Sequence record: NC_006883.2
Direction: 5' to 3' (one strand)
DNA: 64,000 nucleotides
Below are positions 38,083 to 47,492 of the stretch, piece by piece. A program made the position numbers and the translations under genes. The notes under the pieces are model-generated. The model saw nothing but the letters and a program-made list of their open reading frames with translations. It had not been told where the DNA came from and did no database searches. Positions within the stretch are counted from its first letter, which is position 1; each line of letters opens with the position of its first letter.

Positions 38083-38168
38083 TGTGAGGTGACGAAATTG
38101 GTAAACGTGTCAGTCTGTTTAACTGATGTTCCTGGCGGGACTTGAAGGTTCGACTCCTTCCCTCACAG
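38083..38168 (+). tRNA. tRNA-Asn(GTT) with long variable arm
   Basis: Acceptor TGTGAGG/CCTCACA plus G73; D loop TGG; anticodon stem TCAGT/ACTGA with loop CTGTTTA; 17 nt variable region; T arm GAAGG-TTCGACT-CCTTC; no encoded CCA. Confidence 0.85.
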
Positions 38169-38203
38169 TTTAGATTACTATATAGTTCAGTTGCGTTTAG
38201 CAA

Positions 38204-38818
38204 ATGACTTGTACAGGAACACTCCCAAAAGAGGTAGTTCTCGAAGCACTTCGGTGTTGTAGGGACGTCTACCCACATGAGCAAGATTATTTGGTTAGTA
38301 GGAAAGTTGCAGGACATACTATTCTTGCAGTAGAAGGTACGAATGAAACTACTGATTGGATTACTAATCTTAAGTTCTTAATTAAGAGGGATGATTGTCA
38401 TAGGGGATTTAAAAATAATGCTAATAGAACATTAGCACAATTAGTAGTTGCCTATGAAGGATTAAATCCAGAAAGAAAACTTGTTATTGCAGGTCATTCA
38501 CTTGGTGGTGCTACTGCCACATTAATAGCAGATCTCCTTTGGGAATCTGGTAATACAAATATTGCACTTATTACTGCTGGTTCTCCGAGACCAGGAGGAA
38601 GAAGATTGAAAAGGAGGATTAAGGATCTTGAACACTACAGGTTTGTACACGGTAATGATATTGTTCCAACGACTCCTCCATGGCTTGCTGGATACGTTCA
38701 TACTCATCCAGTTACTAAACTTGAGGATGCAAACGACACAAGATTTGATGGGGTCGCAGATCATAACATGGGCGACTACTATGACGCAGCAGTAAAACAC
38801 TACGAAAATCACGAGTAA
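38204..38818 (+). CDS. lipase class 3 (alpha/beta hydrolase)
   Basis: VEGT..DW, GFK, GHSLGG nucleophile elbow, DIVP, DH. Confidence 0.88.
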   Translation: MTCTGTLPKEVVLEALRCCRDVYPHEQDYLVSRKVAGHTILAVEGTNETTDWITNLKFLIKRDDCHRGFKNNANRTLAQLVVAYEGLNPERKLVIAGHSLGGATATLIADLLWESGNTNIALITAGSPRPGGRRLKRRIKDLEHYRFVHGNDIVPTTPPWLAGYVHTHPVTKLEDANDTRFDGVADHNMGDYYDAAVKHYENHE

Positions 38819-39030
38819 TGTGGAGTCTTCTTCTACCTCTCGCTAAGAAGGTAATTATAAAGCAGTTGGCAAAACCAACTGTTAAAAAGTTAGTTATTGA
38901 ATTGTTGGAAGCAGTTGTCAGAACTACTGATACTGATCTTGATGATATGATGCTTAAGAGGTTGAAGAAGTCTATTCTCGCCCCTACGGGTAAACCACTC
39001 TCTAAGCAATTGCTTGGGGAACAGAAATAA
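38818..39030 (+). CDS. small amphipathic basic protein
   Basis: Coupled to lipase stop; LLEAVVRTTDTDLDD. Confidence 0.6.
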   Translation: MWSLLLPLAKKVIIKQLAKPTVKKLVIELLEAVVRTTDTDLDDMMLKRLKKSILAPTGKPLSKQLLGEQK

Positions 39031-39031
39031 T

Positions 39032-39039
39032 TATAAATA
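39032..39039 (+). promoter_or_regulatory. T4-type late promoter
   Basis: TATAAATA. Confidence 0.7.
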
Positions 39040-39065
39040 TTGATATAAAGTTTAAGGAAAGTCAA

Positions 39066-39359
39066 ATGTCACTTTGGGGAAAAACTGACACTAGTGGTGA
39101 CGAACCAAAGTTCGGTGCAGCACTTAATTCAGCAACTTCAGCAACAATAGAAGTATTTGGTGTAGATGCCACCGAGCAAGGTGTTGCTACTGCTGCTTCT
39201 GGAGATGCTGGTAAATATGCTCCACAACATGCAGGTTGGGTAGGTATTGCAACTCATATGGATTGCCACGGTAATCTAAGAGTTAAAAATGAAACTCTTG
39301 TAGCAATGGGTTCTATAACTGGAGACCAAGCAGACGACGCAACATTCGCAGATAGTTAA
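39066..39359 (+). CDS. late hypothetical (putative virion) protein
   Basis: MSLWG N-terminus, HAGWVG, ETLVAM; downstream of late promoter with AAGGA SD. Confidence 0.65.
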   Translation: MSLWGKTDTSGDEPKFGAALNSATSATIEVFGVDATEQGVATAASGDAGKYAPQHAGWVGIATHMDCHGNLRVKNETLVAMGSITGDQADDATFADS

Positions 39360-39372
39360 TTAATGGTTTAGT

Positions 39373-39744
39373 ATGAAATTTGATGAATTGAATGAGAGCA
39401 ATTATATGCTCTTCGCTATAAAATTCTATGATAATCCACAAGCAGTTACAAAGGACGACTTTGAATCTGACTTGAAAAGGATTCGTTATATAAAACGACT
39501 GCTGAAAAGGTATAAGAATACTGGTGAGTTAAAGATTCATCTTATATTAAATCATATTACTATATTGTTTAATGTCTTTAATGAAGCAGCAGTCCCTTTG
39601 TTATTTTATAATTTGGAAGAAGAACTTTGGCCTTGCATCAAAAGTTTTCTAGTATTTTTAAATAGGATACCAGAATACCCAAGAACAAAGATTAATGATA
39701 TAGAAGTAGATGATGATTGTCTTAAGCAATTAAATACAGTTTAA
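39373..39744 (+). CDS. conserved T4-like hypothetical protein
   Basis: YDNPQ..F..DLKR..YIKRL..Y..GELK.HLILNH. Confidence 0.75.
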   Translation: MKFDELNESNYMLFAIKFYDNPQAVTKDDFESDLKRIRYIKRLLKRYKNTGELKIHLILNHITILFNVFNEAAVPLLFYNLEEELWPCIKSFLVFLNRIPEYPRTKINDIEVDDDCLKQLNTV

Positions 39745-40046
39745 TGGACATCAATAAAGCCATTGAAATTATTAGAGAATCTAAGAGGAAGTCTAAATGT
39801 CCTCCAGGTTCTAAGTGGGATAAGAAATTAAAATCATGTGTTCCAAAAAAATACTCTGGTAGAGTATATGTTGGATGGGGAAGAAATCGTGACGAAAAGG
39901 ATGAAGGTGATGATGATTCTAAGAAGAATGGTAAAAACGGGTCTAATGGGAATGGGCATAATAATGGTGGCTCTGGGAACGGTAATGGTGGTAACGGCAA
40001 CGGTGGAAATGGTAACGGGGGTGGAAACGGAGGTGGTGGAGAGTGA
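39744..40046 (+). CDS. Gly/Asn-rich hypothetical protein
   Basis: CPPG..WDKKLKSC motif then (GNG)n tail. Confidence 0.6.
   Translation: MDINKAIEIIRESKRKSKCPPGSKWDKKLKSCVPKKYSGRVYVGWGRNRDEKDEGDDDSKKNGKNGSNGNGHNNGGSGNGNGGNGNGGNGNGGGNGGGGE
39945..40040 (+). repeat. GGN/AAY low-complexity coding repeat
   Basis: Tandem Gly/Asn codons encoding GNGNGG. Confidence 0.6.
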
Positions 40047-40690
40047 AAACTTTTAAACAATTCCAAGAAGCTGCTTTAGCGATACCTGCTGCTGGTTTTA
40101 TAAGTAAATTTCTCCCTGCTGCTGCAGCAACTATCGGTGCTGCTGGAACAATAATGCAGATTAAAGATAGAGCAGGTGGTAATAGGAAAAAAATTAAGGG
40201 TAGAATTGGAGGACAATCACCTGAAGTTAAACAAAACCATATGACTCCTAGACAAAGGAGAACAATGGAAGCACAGGGATTAATACCAAAACAAGATCCT
40301 CTTAAAAATAATCAAGGACCAGGATTAAAACCTGGATCGGGTACAAAACCTGGTGGAAAGTGGGATAAATTACCAAAAGGACAGAGTTCAAATTGGAGTA
40401 AGGGTAATAATCTTACGGGCATTGCTAATGAAGTGCAGAAGAATCAGAATAAAATTAAGTTAAAAGATTTTATTAAGAAAAAATATGGTAATAAGGATCA
40501 ATTAACAGGTGGAACATTACCAGAAGAAATGATGGGTGCAGGAGCAATAGCCAATAACGTTGGTGATGGTAAGATTGCTGGCACAGTAGAAGCAGGAGAC
40601 GATCCTCCAGTAAAGAAGAAGAAAAAAAGTAAGAAGAAAAAGAGATATGTTTACGGTGGAAAAGGATCTCGTAAAATGTGGTTGACCTAG
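40043..40690 (+). CDS. putative internal head protein (CTS-like N-terminus)
   Basis: MKTFKQFQE; GTG start. Confidence 0.6.
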   Translation: MKTFKQFQEAALAIPAAGFISKFLPAAAATIGAAGTIMQIKDRAGGNRKKIKGRIGGQSPEVKQNHMTPRQRRTMEAQGLIPKQDPLKNNQGPGLKPGSGTKPGGKWDKLPKGQSSNWSKGNNLTGIANEVQKNQNKIKLKDFIKKKYGNKDQLTGGTLPEEMMGAGAIANNVGDGKIAGTVEAGDDPPVKKKKKSKKKKRYVYGGKGSRKMWLT

Positions 40691-40749
40691 ATTTACTAGT
40701 TTGTATATAATGATACATTAGAATAAATATTACGGTATATCTACCTATA

Positions 40750-41124
40750 ATGGAGAATAATAGTCCCCTGATACAAAGATTAGAAAGAGTTATTGATACT
40801 CTACAGGACAACTCCGTGAAGATGGGGCAGATGCTTGCCGTCCACGATGAGAAGTTAGACAAACAGGATAGGATCGATGCCGTATTATTCGAGAAAGTGG
40901 AATCGCTTCATAGGGAACTTAACCGTTCGACTCAGGAGATTAAGAAGGGATGTGAGAGAGATATTCGCAAGGTAGATGATAGACTCCGCATTATGGAAAA
41001 GAAGATGTGGAGTATGTTTGGTGCGATAGGTATAATAACTTTTATAGTAAGTCCAATTGGAATGAGAGTTATGGGTAATGTCTTGACTACAGCAACAACA
41101 CCGAGTATAATACAAAAACGATAA
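40750..41124 (+). CDS. coiled-coil protein with C-terminal TM segment
   Basis: Heptad region followed by WSMFGAIGIITFIV. Confidence 0.65.
   Translation: MENNSPLIQRLERVIDTLQDNSVKMGQMLAVHDEKLDKQDRIDAVLFEKVESLHRELNRSTQEIKKGCERDIRKVDDRLRIMEKKMWSMFGAIGIITFIVSPIGMRVMGNVLTTATTPSIIQKR
41083..41111 (+). promoter_or_regulatory. sigma70-type promoter for primase
   Basis: TTGACT-N17-TATAAT. Confidence 0.7.
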
Positions 41125-41136
41125 TAATTTTTTATA

Positions 41137-42108
41137 ATGGATTTGACTGATACCAAGTATATTGGACTGGTATCATCTCGCTTGCCAAAATTTAAAAAGG
41201 TTAAACCTGATCTTTATAACTTTCGTTGTCCTCTCTGTGGGGATTCCCAGAAGCAAAAGAATAAGGCGAGAGGGTATATCTATGCTAAGAAGGCAGATGC
41301 TAACTACAAGTGCCATAACTGTGGTGCATCTACAACTTTTAGTAACTTTTTAAAGATCTTAGATTCTACTCTTTATAAGCAATATATTTTTGAAAAATTC
41401 CAAACCAGAAATACTGGAAAGGGATCTATATTTGAGGAACCAAAGTTAGAATTTAAGAAACCAGTATTTAGAAAAAAGTTAGATCTTCCAAAAGCATCAG
41501 AGGTTAAGATTGCTAAACAATATCTGGAGAATAGAAAATTAGATCCTACTAAATTCTATTACACGGATAAGTTTAAAGAATGGACAAATACTCAAAAACA
41601 GACCTTCGATTACATAGGGAAAGATGAACCCCGTATAATCATACCGATGTATGATACCGAACAGAAGATGATCGGGTTTCAGGGAAGAAGTCTAATTCCA
41701 AACTCGGTTAAATATATTACCATCATGATTGATGAAGAAGCACCGAAGATCTATGGACTCGACAAAATTAATAAAGAAAAACCCATTTACATCATTGAAG
41801 GACCTTTCGACTCGTCCTTGGTTGAAAACAGTATTGCTATGTGTGGGGCCGATGTTGATATTGGGTCGCTTGGTTGGAGCGATTATATTTGGGTTTATGA
41901 TAATGAACCTCGGAGCAGAGAAATCACAGACAGAATCCGTAAAACCCTTGATAGAGGAGATAAGGTAGTTATTTGGCCAACAAGTATAGAGGAGAAAGAT
42001 GTTAATGACATGATACTCGGTGGACACGATGTAATGGGTGTGTTAAAATCAAATACATACTCAGGATTAAAAGCAAAGATTAAATTTAACAACTGGAAAA
42101 AAATATGA
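41137..42108 (+). CDS. gp61: DNA primase gp61
   Basis: CPLCGDS...CHNCG zinc finger, EGPFDS, DNEPR TOPRIM. Confidence 0.95.
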   Translation: MDLTDTKYIGLVSSRLPKFKKVKPDLYNFRCPLCGDSQKQKNKARGYIYAKKADANYKCHNCGASTTFSNFLKILDSTLYKQYIFEKFQTRNTGKGSIFEEPKLEFKKPVFRKKLDLPKASEVKIAKQYLENRKLDPTKFYYTDKFKEWTNTQKQTFDYIGKDEPRIIIPMYDTEQKMIGFQGRSLIPNSVKYITIMIDEEAPKIYGLDKINKEKPIYIIEGPFDSSLVENSIAMCGADVDIGSLGWSDYIWVYDNEPRSREITDRIRKTLDRGDKVVIWPTSIEEKDVNDMILGGHDVMGVLKSNTYSGLKAKIKFNNWKKI

Positions 42109-44432
42109 GTAACGGTACAACTGTTAAGAAGAGAAATGGAAGAGGTGTAGAACCTCTTAATCTTGAAAAGATTCATGTAATGTGTGAGGAAGCATGTGAG
42201 GGGTTAGCAGGAGTATCTGCTTCTCAAGTGGAGATACAATCAGGAATACAATTCTATGACGGAATCACGACAGCAGAAATACAAGAAATACTCATTCGCA
42301 GTGCTTCTGATCTTATTGACCTTGATCATCCTAACTACCAGTTCGTTGCTGCTAGGCTTCTTTTATTTTCTTTGAGAAAGCAGTTGTTTGGTAGATTGCG
42401 TGAGTGTCCAACTGTAATAGATCACGTTCAAAAATGTGTGAAGAAAGGTATATACGATGCAGAAATTCTTGACTTGTATTCTGAAGAAGAGTATAATAGA
42501 TTACAATCATTTATAGATCACAGTCGTGACTTTCTTTTTACTTATGCTGGACTACGCCAAGTAGTTGATAAGTATTTGGTACAGGATAGAAGCACTGGAG
42601 AGGTGTATGAAACACCACAGTTCATGTATCTTATGATCGCTGCGACTATATTCTCAAAGTATCCAAAAGAAACGAGGTTAGACTATGTCAGAAAGTACTA
42701 CGACGCAATCAGCAGACACCGCATCAACATCCCAACGCCCATTATGGCAGGTGTCAGAACACCCATACGTCAATTTGCATCTTGTGTTCTGGTTGATATT
42801 GACGATACCCTCGATAGTATCTTTAGCTCTGATATGGCTATTGGGAAATACGTTGCACAGAGGGCTGGTATCGGTATTAACGCTGGAAGAATCCGAGGAA
42901 TCAACGCTAAAATCAGAGGTGGAGAGGTTCAGCACACAGGTGTTGTACCCTTCCTTAAAAAATTTGAGTCAACTGTCAGATGTTGCACACAAAACGGTAT
43001 TAGAGGCGGCTCCGCAACTGTCCACTTTCCTATCTGGCATCAAGAGATCAGCGACATCTTGGTACTCAAAAACAACAAAGGAACAGAAGACAACCGTGTC
43101 AGAAAACTCGACTACTCCATCCAATTAAGTAAATTATTTTATGAGCGATTTATCCAAAACCTACCTATTACTTTATTCAGTCCTCATGATGTGCCTGGGC
43201 TGTATGACGCTTTTGGTAGCGATACCTTTGACGAACTCTATACTCAATACGAATCAGACGAGTCTATCCCCAGAACCACAATCGGTGCTCAAGAGTTAAT
43301 TCTTGACCTATTGAAAGAAAGAGCAGAAACTGGTAGAATATACTTGATGAACATAGATCATTGTAATTCTCACTCATCCTTCTTGGATAAAGTTGAGATG
43401 AGCAATCTATGTCAAGAGATTACTCTACCAACCAAACCTATACAACACATTGACGATGAAACTGGAGAAATTGCTCTCTGTATCCTTTCTGCTATTAATA
43501 TTGGCAAAATTAGGGATGTTTCGGATCTTGAAGGTCTTTGTGATCTTAGCATTCGGTCTCTTGATGAACTCATTGATTTTCAAGGATACCCCGTCAGAGC
43601 AGCAGAGATCGCTACAAAGGCAAGAAGATCCTTGGGAGTTGGTTTTATTGGACTCGCACACTACCTTGCCAAGCAAGGGGTTAAGTACGAAGATCCAGAG
43701 GCATGGAAACTAGTTCACGATCTTACTGAGGTATTTCAATATAATTTGATTAAGTCATCAGTTAATCTTGCTAAAGAGAAAGGTGCTTGCACCTATTCTG
43801 ATAGGACTAAGTACTCTCAAGGTATTCTTCCTATTGATACGTATAAGCAAGATGTAGATGAATTAGTTCCTAATAATCTTAGTTGTGATTGGGAATCACT
43901 TAGAGAGGATGTAAAACAATATGGTATTCGTAATAGTACTCTGTCTGCTCAAATGCCCTCAGAGTCTTCTTCTGTTGTATGTAATGCCACTAATGGTATT
44001 GAACCACCTAGAGGATATCTCTCTATTAAGAAATCAAAGAAAGGACCACTCAAACAGATAGTTCCTTCTTATAATACTCTTAAGAATAACTATACTCTTC
44101 TTTGGGATATGCCAAACAATACTGGTTATATTAATATCGTTGCAGTAATGCAGAAATTCTTTGATCAGGCGATCTCTGGTAACTGGTCTTATAACCCACA
44201 ACACTTTGATGAGGGAGAAGTTCCTACAAGTGTTATGGCACAAGATCTTTTAACTACATATAAGTACGGTTGGAAGACTTCTTATTATCAGAATACTTAT
44301 GATGTTAAAACTGATGAGATTGATCTATCAGTTTCTAATCCTAATGATGTTGGCATTCAGGGGTCAACTAGATTGGAAAACTTAATATCTGAATTAGAAA
44401 ACCAAGAAGAGTGTGAATCCTGTGCAATTTAG
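42105..44432 (+). CDS. nrdA: class Ia ribonucleotide reductase alpha subunit
   Basis: ATP cone KRNG, PTPIM, SCVL, SNLCQEI, ECESC. Confidence 0.97.
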   Translation: MSNGTTVKKRNGRGVEPLNLEKIHVMCEEACEGLAGVSASQVEIQSGIQFYDGITTAEIQEILIRSASDLIDLDHPNYQFVAARLLLFSLRKQLFGRLRECPTVIDHVQKCVKKGIYDAEILDLYSEEEYNRLQSFIDHSRDFLFTYAGLRQVVDKYLVQDRSTGEVYETPQFMYLMIAATIFSKYPKETRLDYVRKYYDAISRHRINIPTPIMAGVRTPIRQFASCVLVDIDDTLDSIFSSDMAIGKYVAQRAGIGINAGRIRGINAKIRGGEVQHTGVVPFLKKFESTVRCCTQNGIRGGSATVHFPIWHQEISDILVLKNNKGTEDNRVRKLDYSIQLSKLFYERFIQNLPITLFSPHDVPGLYDAFGSDTFDELYTQYESDESIPRTTIGAQELILDLLKERAETGRIYLMNIDHCNSHSSFLDKVEMSNLCQEITLPTKPIQHIDDETGEIALCILSAINIGKIRDVSDLEGLCDLSIRSLDELIDFQGYPVRAAEIATKARRSLGVGFIGLAHYLAKQGVKYEDPEAWKLVHDLTEVFQYNLIKSSVNLAKEKGACTYSDRTKYSQGILPIDTYKQDVDELVPNNLSCDWESLREDVKQYGIRNSTLSAQMPSESSSVVCNATNGIEPPRGYLSIKKSKKGPLKQIVPSYNTLKNNYTLLWDMPNNTGYINIVAVMQKFFDQAISGNWSYNPQHFDEGEVPTSVMAQDLLTTYKYGWKTSYYQNTYDVKTDEIDLSVSNPNDVGIQGSTRLENLISELENQEECESCAI

Positions 44433-45609
44433 AAAATCAACAGAAAGAAAGTCAATGGCAGAAGTTAAAGGAATGACTGTCTTCAATACTGAAGAAGTTA
44501 ATACTAAAAAACAACCGATGTTTTTTGGCAAACCTTTAGGAGTTCAGAGATATGATAATTTTAAATATCCTTCTTTTGAGAATCTAACAAAGCAGCAGTT
44601 AGGATATTTTTGGAGACCAGAAGAAGTATCGTTACAGAAAGATCGTGGAGACTATCAGACGCTTCGTCCAGAACAAAAGCACATCTATACGAGCAATCTT
44701 AAATACCAGATCATGCTCGATAGTGTACAAGGTCGTGCTCCTGGTATGGCTTTCTTACCTTACTGTTCTCTACCTGAGTTAGAAGCATGTATGGAAGTAT
44801 GGTCTTTTATGGAGATGATCCATAGCAGATCATATACCTATGTGATTAAGAATGTATATGCAGATCCATCTGAAGTATTTGATAAGATTCTTAGTGATGA
44901 TAGAATTTTAAGTCGTGCTGCTAGTGTTACTGAGTCCTATGATGACTTTATTAATGAGGCACAAGGATGGGGGCAAAGTAATTTGTGGAGAGATATGGAT
45001 AAGTCCTTGGACACATCCTTACCTGTTTTAGAAATGAAAGAGGTTAAACGTAAACTTTATAGAGCAGTAACTAATGTCAACATCTTGGAGGGTATTCGTT
45101 TTTACGTATCTTTTGCTTGCTCTTTCGCTTTCGGTGAGCTCAAAGTCATGGAGGGATCAGCAAAGATTATATCCCTCATTGCACGAGATGAGAATCAACA
45201 CCTTGCAATCACCCAAAACATTTTAAATAATTGGAGAAAGGGTGATGATCCAGAAATGGTTGAGATAATGAAAGAAGAAGAGCAATGGACATACCAGATG
45301 TTTGAGAAGTGTGTGAATGAAGAGAAGATGTGGGCAGAGTATCTATTTAAAGATGGTTCCATGATCGGTTTGAATGATAAGTTATTACATCAATATGTTG
45401 AATGGGTAGCAAATCGTAGAATGAGATCTATTGGAATGAAACCTGTATATGATATTGCTGCTAAGAACAATCCATTACCTTGGACAGAGCATTGGATTAG
45501 TTCTAAAGGATTGCAAGTAGCACCACAAGAAACAGAAGTAGAATCTTATATTGTAGGAGGAATTAAGCAAGATGTTAAAAAAGACACCTTCGCAGGATTT
45601 AAACTCTGA
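44413..45609 (+). CDS. nrdB: class Ia ribonucleotide reductase beta subunit
   Basis: FWRPEEV, EMIHSRSY, LEGIRFY, DENQH, PQETE. Confidence 0.97.
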   Translation: MNPVQFRKSTERKSMAEVKGMTVFNTEEVNTKKQPMFFGKPLGVQRYDNFKYPSFENLTKQQLGYFWRPEEVSLQKDRGDYQTLRPEQKHIYTSNLKYQIMLDSVQGRAPGMAFLPYCSLPELEACMEVWSFMEMIHSRSYTYVIKNVYADPSEVFDKILSDDRILSRAASVTESYDDFINEAQGWGQSNLWRDMDKSLDTSLPVLEMKEVKRKLYRAVTNVNILEGIRFYVSFACSFAFGELKVMEGSAKIISLIARDENQHLAITQNILNNWRKGDDPEMVEIMKEEEQWTYQMFEKCVNEEKMWAEYLFKDGSMIGLNDKLLHQYVEWVANRRMRSIGMKPVYDIAAKNNPLPWTEHWISSKGLQVAPQETEVESYIVGGIKQDVKKDTFAGFKL

Positions 45610-45709
45610 TGAAGAGTTTAGAAGGATTTGGATGGAGATGGATCGTTTAGAACCTCTTACACCAACTCCTATTTGGCATCCTGATAATTATAAGAAAGAA
45701 GATAGATAA
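45572..45709 (+). CDS. small hypothetical protein (45 aa, overlaps nrdB end)
   Basis: MLKKTPSQDLNSDEEFRRIWMEMDRLEP... Confidence 0.4.
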   Translation: MLKKTPSQDLNSDEEFRRIWMEMDRLEPLTPTPIWHPDNYKKEDR

Positions 45710-45736
45710 ATATTAAAATATAGTGTCTGGATTCAG

Positions 45737-47458
45737 ATGAAATCTTTAAGTCAGTTTATAATAGAGACTCAATCTGGTAGTAATAAACCTAGTACTGATC
45801 CTTGGTTTCCAGATGAAGACAAGAATGGGAAGAATAAAAAATCTACTAATGGTAAGAAGAAATCAATTAAGAATACTCAGAAGAATCTGGAGCAAAATAC
45901 AAAACCAGGAAATAAGAGTAATAAGGGTATAGATCCTAAAGAAGTAAATAAAAGATTATCAGCATCTACAACAAAAGGCGATCAAGCAAGAAGTCAATAT
46001 AATACTTCTGGTATACAAGGTGATAGTAATGTTGGAGATCCAACTCAGAGTAAGTCTAATACACCGAAGAAAACCCCAACACCAAAACCTAAACCTCTAA
46101 CTGGTGCTGAAAGAAATATTTTACAGAAAACTAATCGCCAAAGTGGTGGAAAAATTTCTGTCAATTTTGCTGAACCAATAGATAATAGATCCCAGATGAG
46201 ATCTATTGAAGGTGATCCACAGTCTAATAAGATAAAAGCTGAAGTAGAAAAATCTGTTAATCAAAAAACTAGAGAATTTACTCAGAAGAAAGGAGTAACT
46301 TCAGGTAATGAATTTAAGTATAGTGGTGGTAAAAAACCCTATACTAAAGGAGCAGATAAATTATTAGATAAAATATTTAATGTTAAGAAAGGAGAGAAAA
46401 AACCAGTTAATCCAAAAACAGGTTCTAGGATACCTGATCTTAAAAAGGGTGAACTTGGTAAGTTATATCAAACATCTACTAAAGCGGATCCAAAAAGAGG
46501 AGGTAGTGTAAGAACTACTGATAAAATAAATCAAGAATTAACAGCAAAAAGAGCAGCACGTATAAACCCCAAAACAGGTAAGGCAACAAGGAAAGGTGTT
46601 GAGAATTTTGCTATAAACCAACAAACTAAAGGTTTGAGCACTAAAGGTGATGCTGGAAAGCAAGCCATGGCAAATGCTAAGAAAATTGCTGGTAATGCTC
46701 GTAGTGCTGCATATAAGGATATTGCAAATAAGATTAATACTAGTGATTATGCTGGTAAGAGAGCAAAATTAGCAAGTACTAAAGAACTTGATAGGATTGT
46801 AAATGATATAAAAACCTCAAAAACTATTAGTAGGTCTGTTGATGTTGGTACAACAACTAAAGCACCAACTGTTCTTAGGAAACCACTTTCATCATATAAG
46901 ACTTCACTTAATACTGCAACGAGAAAAGTAAAAATTACGCCCCTTACTAAAACATCAGGAATTAAATATAAACCTTCTGAGACTCCGAAGACAGGTAATA
47001 AAACATTTTCACAGTTTAGAAATGTTAGTGGTCAAAAATCTAATCTTGCAAAATTAAAGATTAAACCTGGTAGATTATTAGGAAAGGGATTTGCTGCATG
47101 GAATGCGATTGATAATTATAAAGCAGCAAAAGGTAGTCCACTTAGGAAACTTGCTAAATCTGCGGTTACAACTGCAGCATATTACAAGGGTGGTACTGCT
47201 GGTGCTTCTTTAGGAACTGGTTTTGGTGCTATAACTGGACCTGGTGCAGTAGTAACTGGAACTGCTGGATTTATTGCTGGTTCTGAAACAGCATCAAATC
47301 TTACAAGTAGAGCATTTGATAAAGTTTGGAAACCACCTACCACTAAAACTAAGGATAAGGATAAGAATAAGAAGATAATTGGTGGTACTACTAGTGGTGG
47401 TATGAAACCTTTTAAATGGAAGAGTGGTATTGCAATTGAAAGTGGTCCAAAGAAATAA
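45737..47458 (+). CDS. large Lys-rich putative internal/ejected virion protein
   Basis: MKSLSQFIIE N-terminus; very basic; C-terminal glycine-zipper-like segment; ATAAATA upstream. Confidence 0.6.
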   Translation: MKSLSQFIIETQSGSNKPSTDPWFPDEDKNGKNKKSTNGKKKSIKNTQKNLEQNTKPGNKSNKGIDPKEVNKRLSASTTKGDQARSQYNTSGIQGDSNVGDPTQSKSNTPKKTPTPKPKPLTGAERNILQKTNRQSGGKISVNFAEPIDNRSQMRSIEGDPQSNKIKAEVEKSVNQKTREFTQKKGVTSGNEFKYSGGKKPYTKGADKLLDKIFNVKKGEKKPVNPKTGSRIPDLKKGELGKLYQTSTKADPKRGGSVRTTDKINQELTAKRAARINPKTGKATRKGVENFAINQQTKGLSTKGDAGKQAMANAKKIAGNARSAAYKDIANKINTSDYAGKRAKLASTKELDRIVNDIKTSKTISRSVDVGTTTKAPTVLRKPLSSYKTSLNTATRKVKITPLTKTSGIKYKPSETPKTGNKTFSQFRNVSGQKSNLAKLKIKPGRLLGKGFAAWNAIDNYKAAKGSPLRKLAKSAVTTAAYYKGGTAGASLGTGFGAITGPGAVVTGTAGFIAGSETASNLTSRAFDKVWKPPTTKTKDKDKNKKIIGGTTSGGMKPFKWKSGIAIESGPKK

Positions 47459-47460
47459 AA

Positions 47461-47468
47461 TATAAATA
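47461..47468 (+). promoter_or_regulatory. T4-type late promoter
   Basis: TATAAATA. Confidence 0.7.
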
Positions 47469-47492
47469 TTACTGATAGTAGTATTTGTAGAA

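Noticed and set aside
24640-45609. Introns or inteins in gp43, gp41, nrdA, nrdB
   Set aside because: All are uninterrupted ORFs of normal length with contiguous motifs
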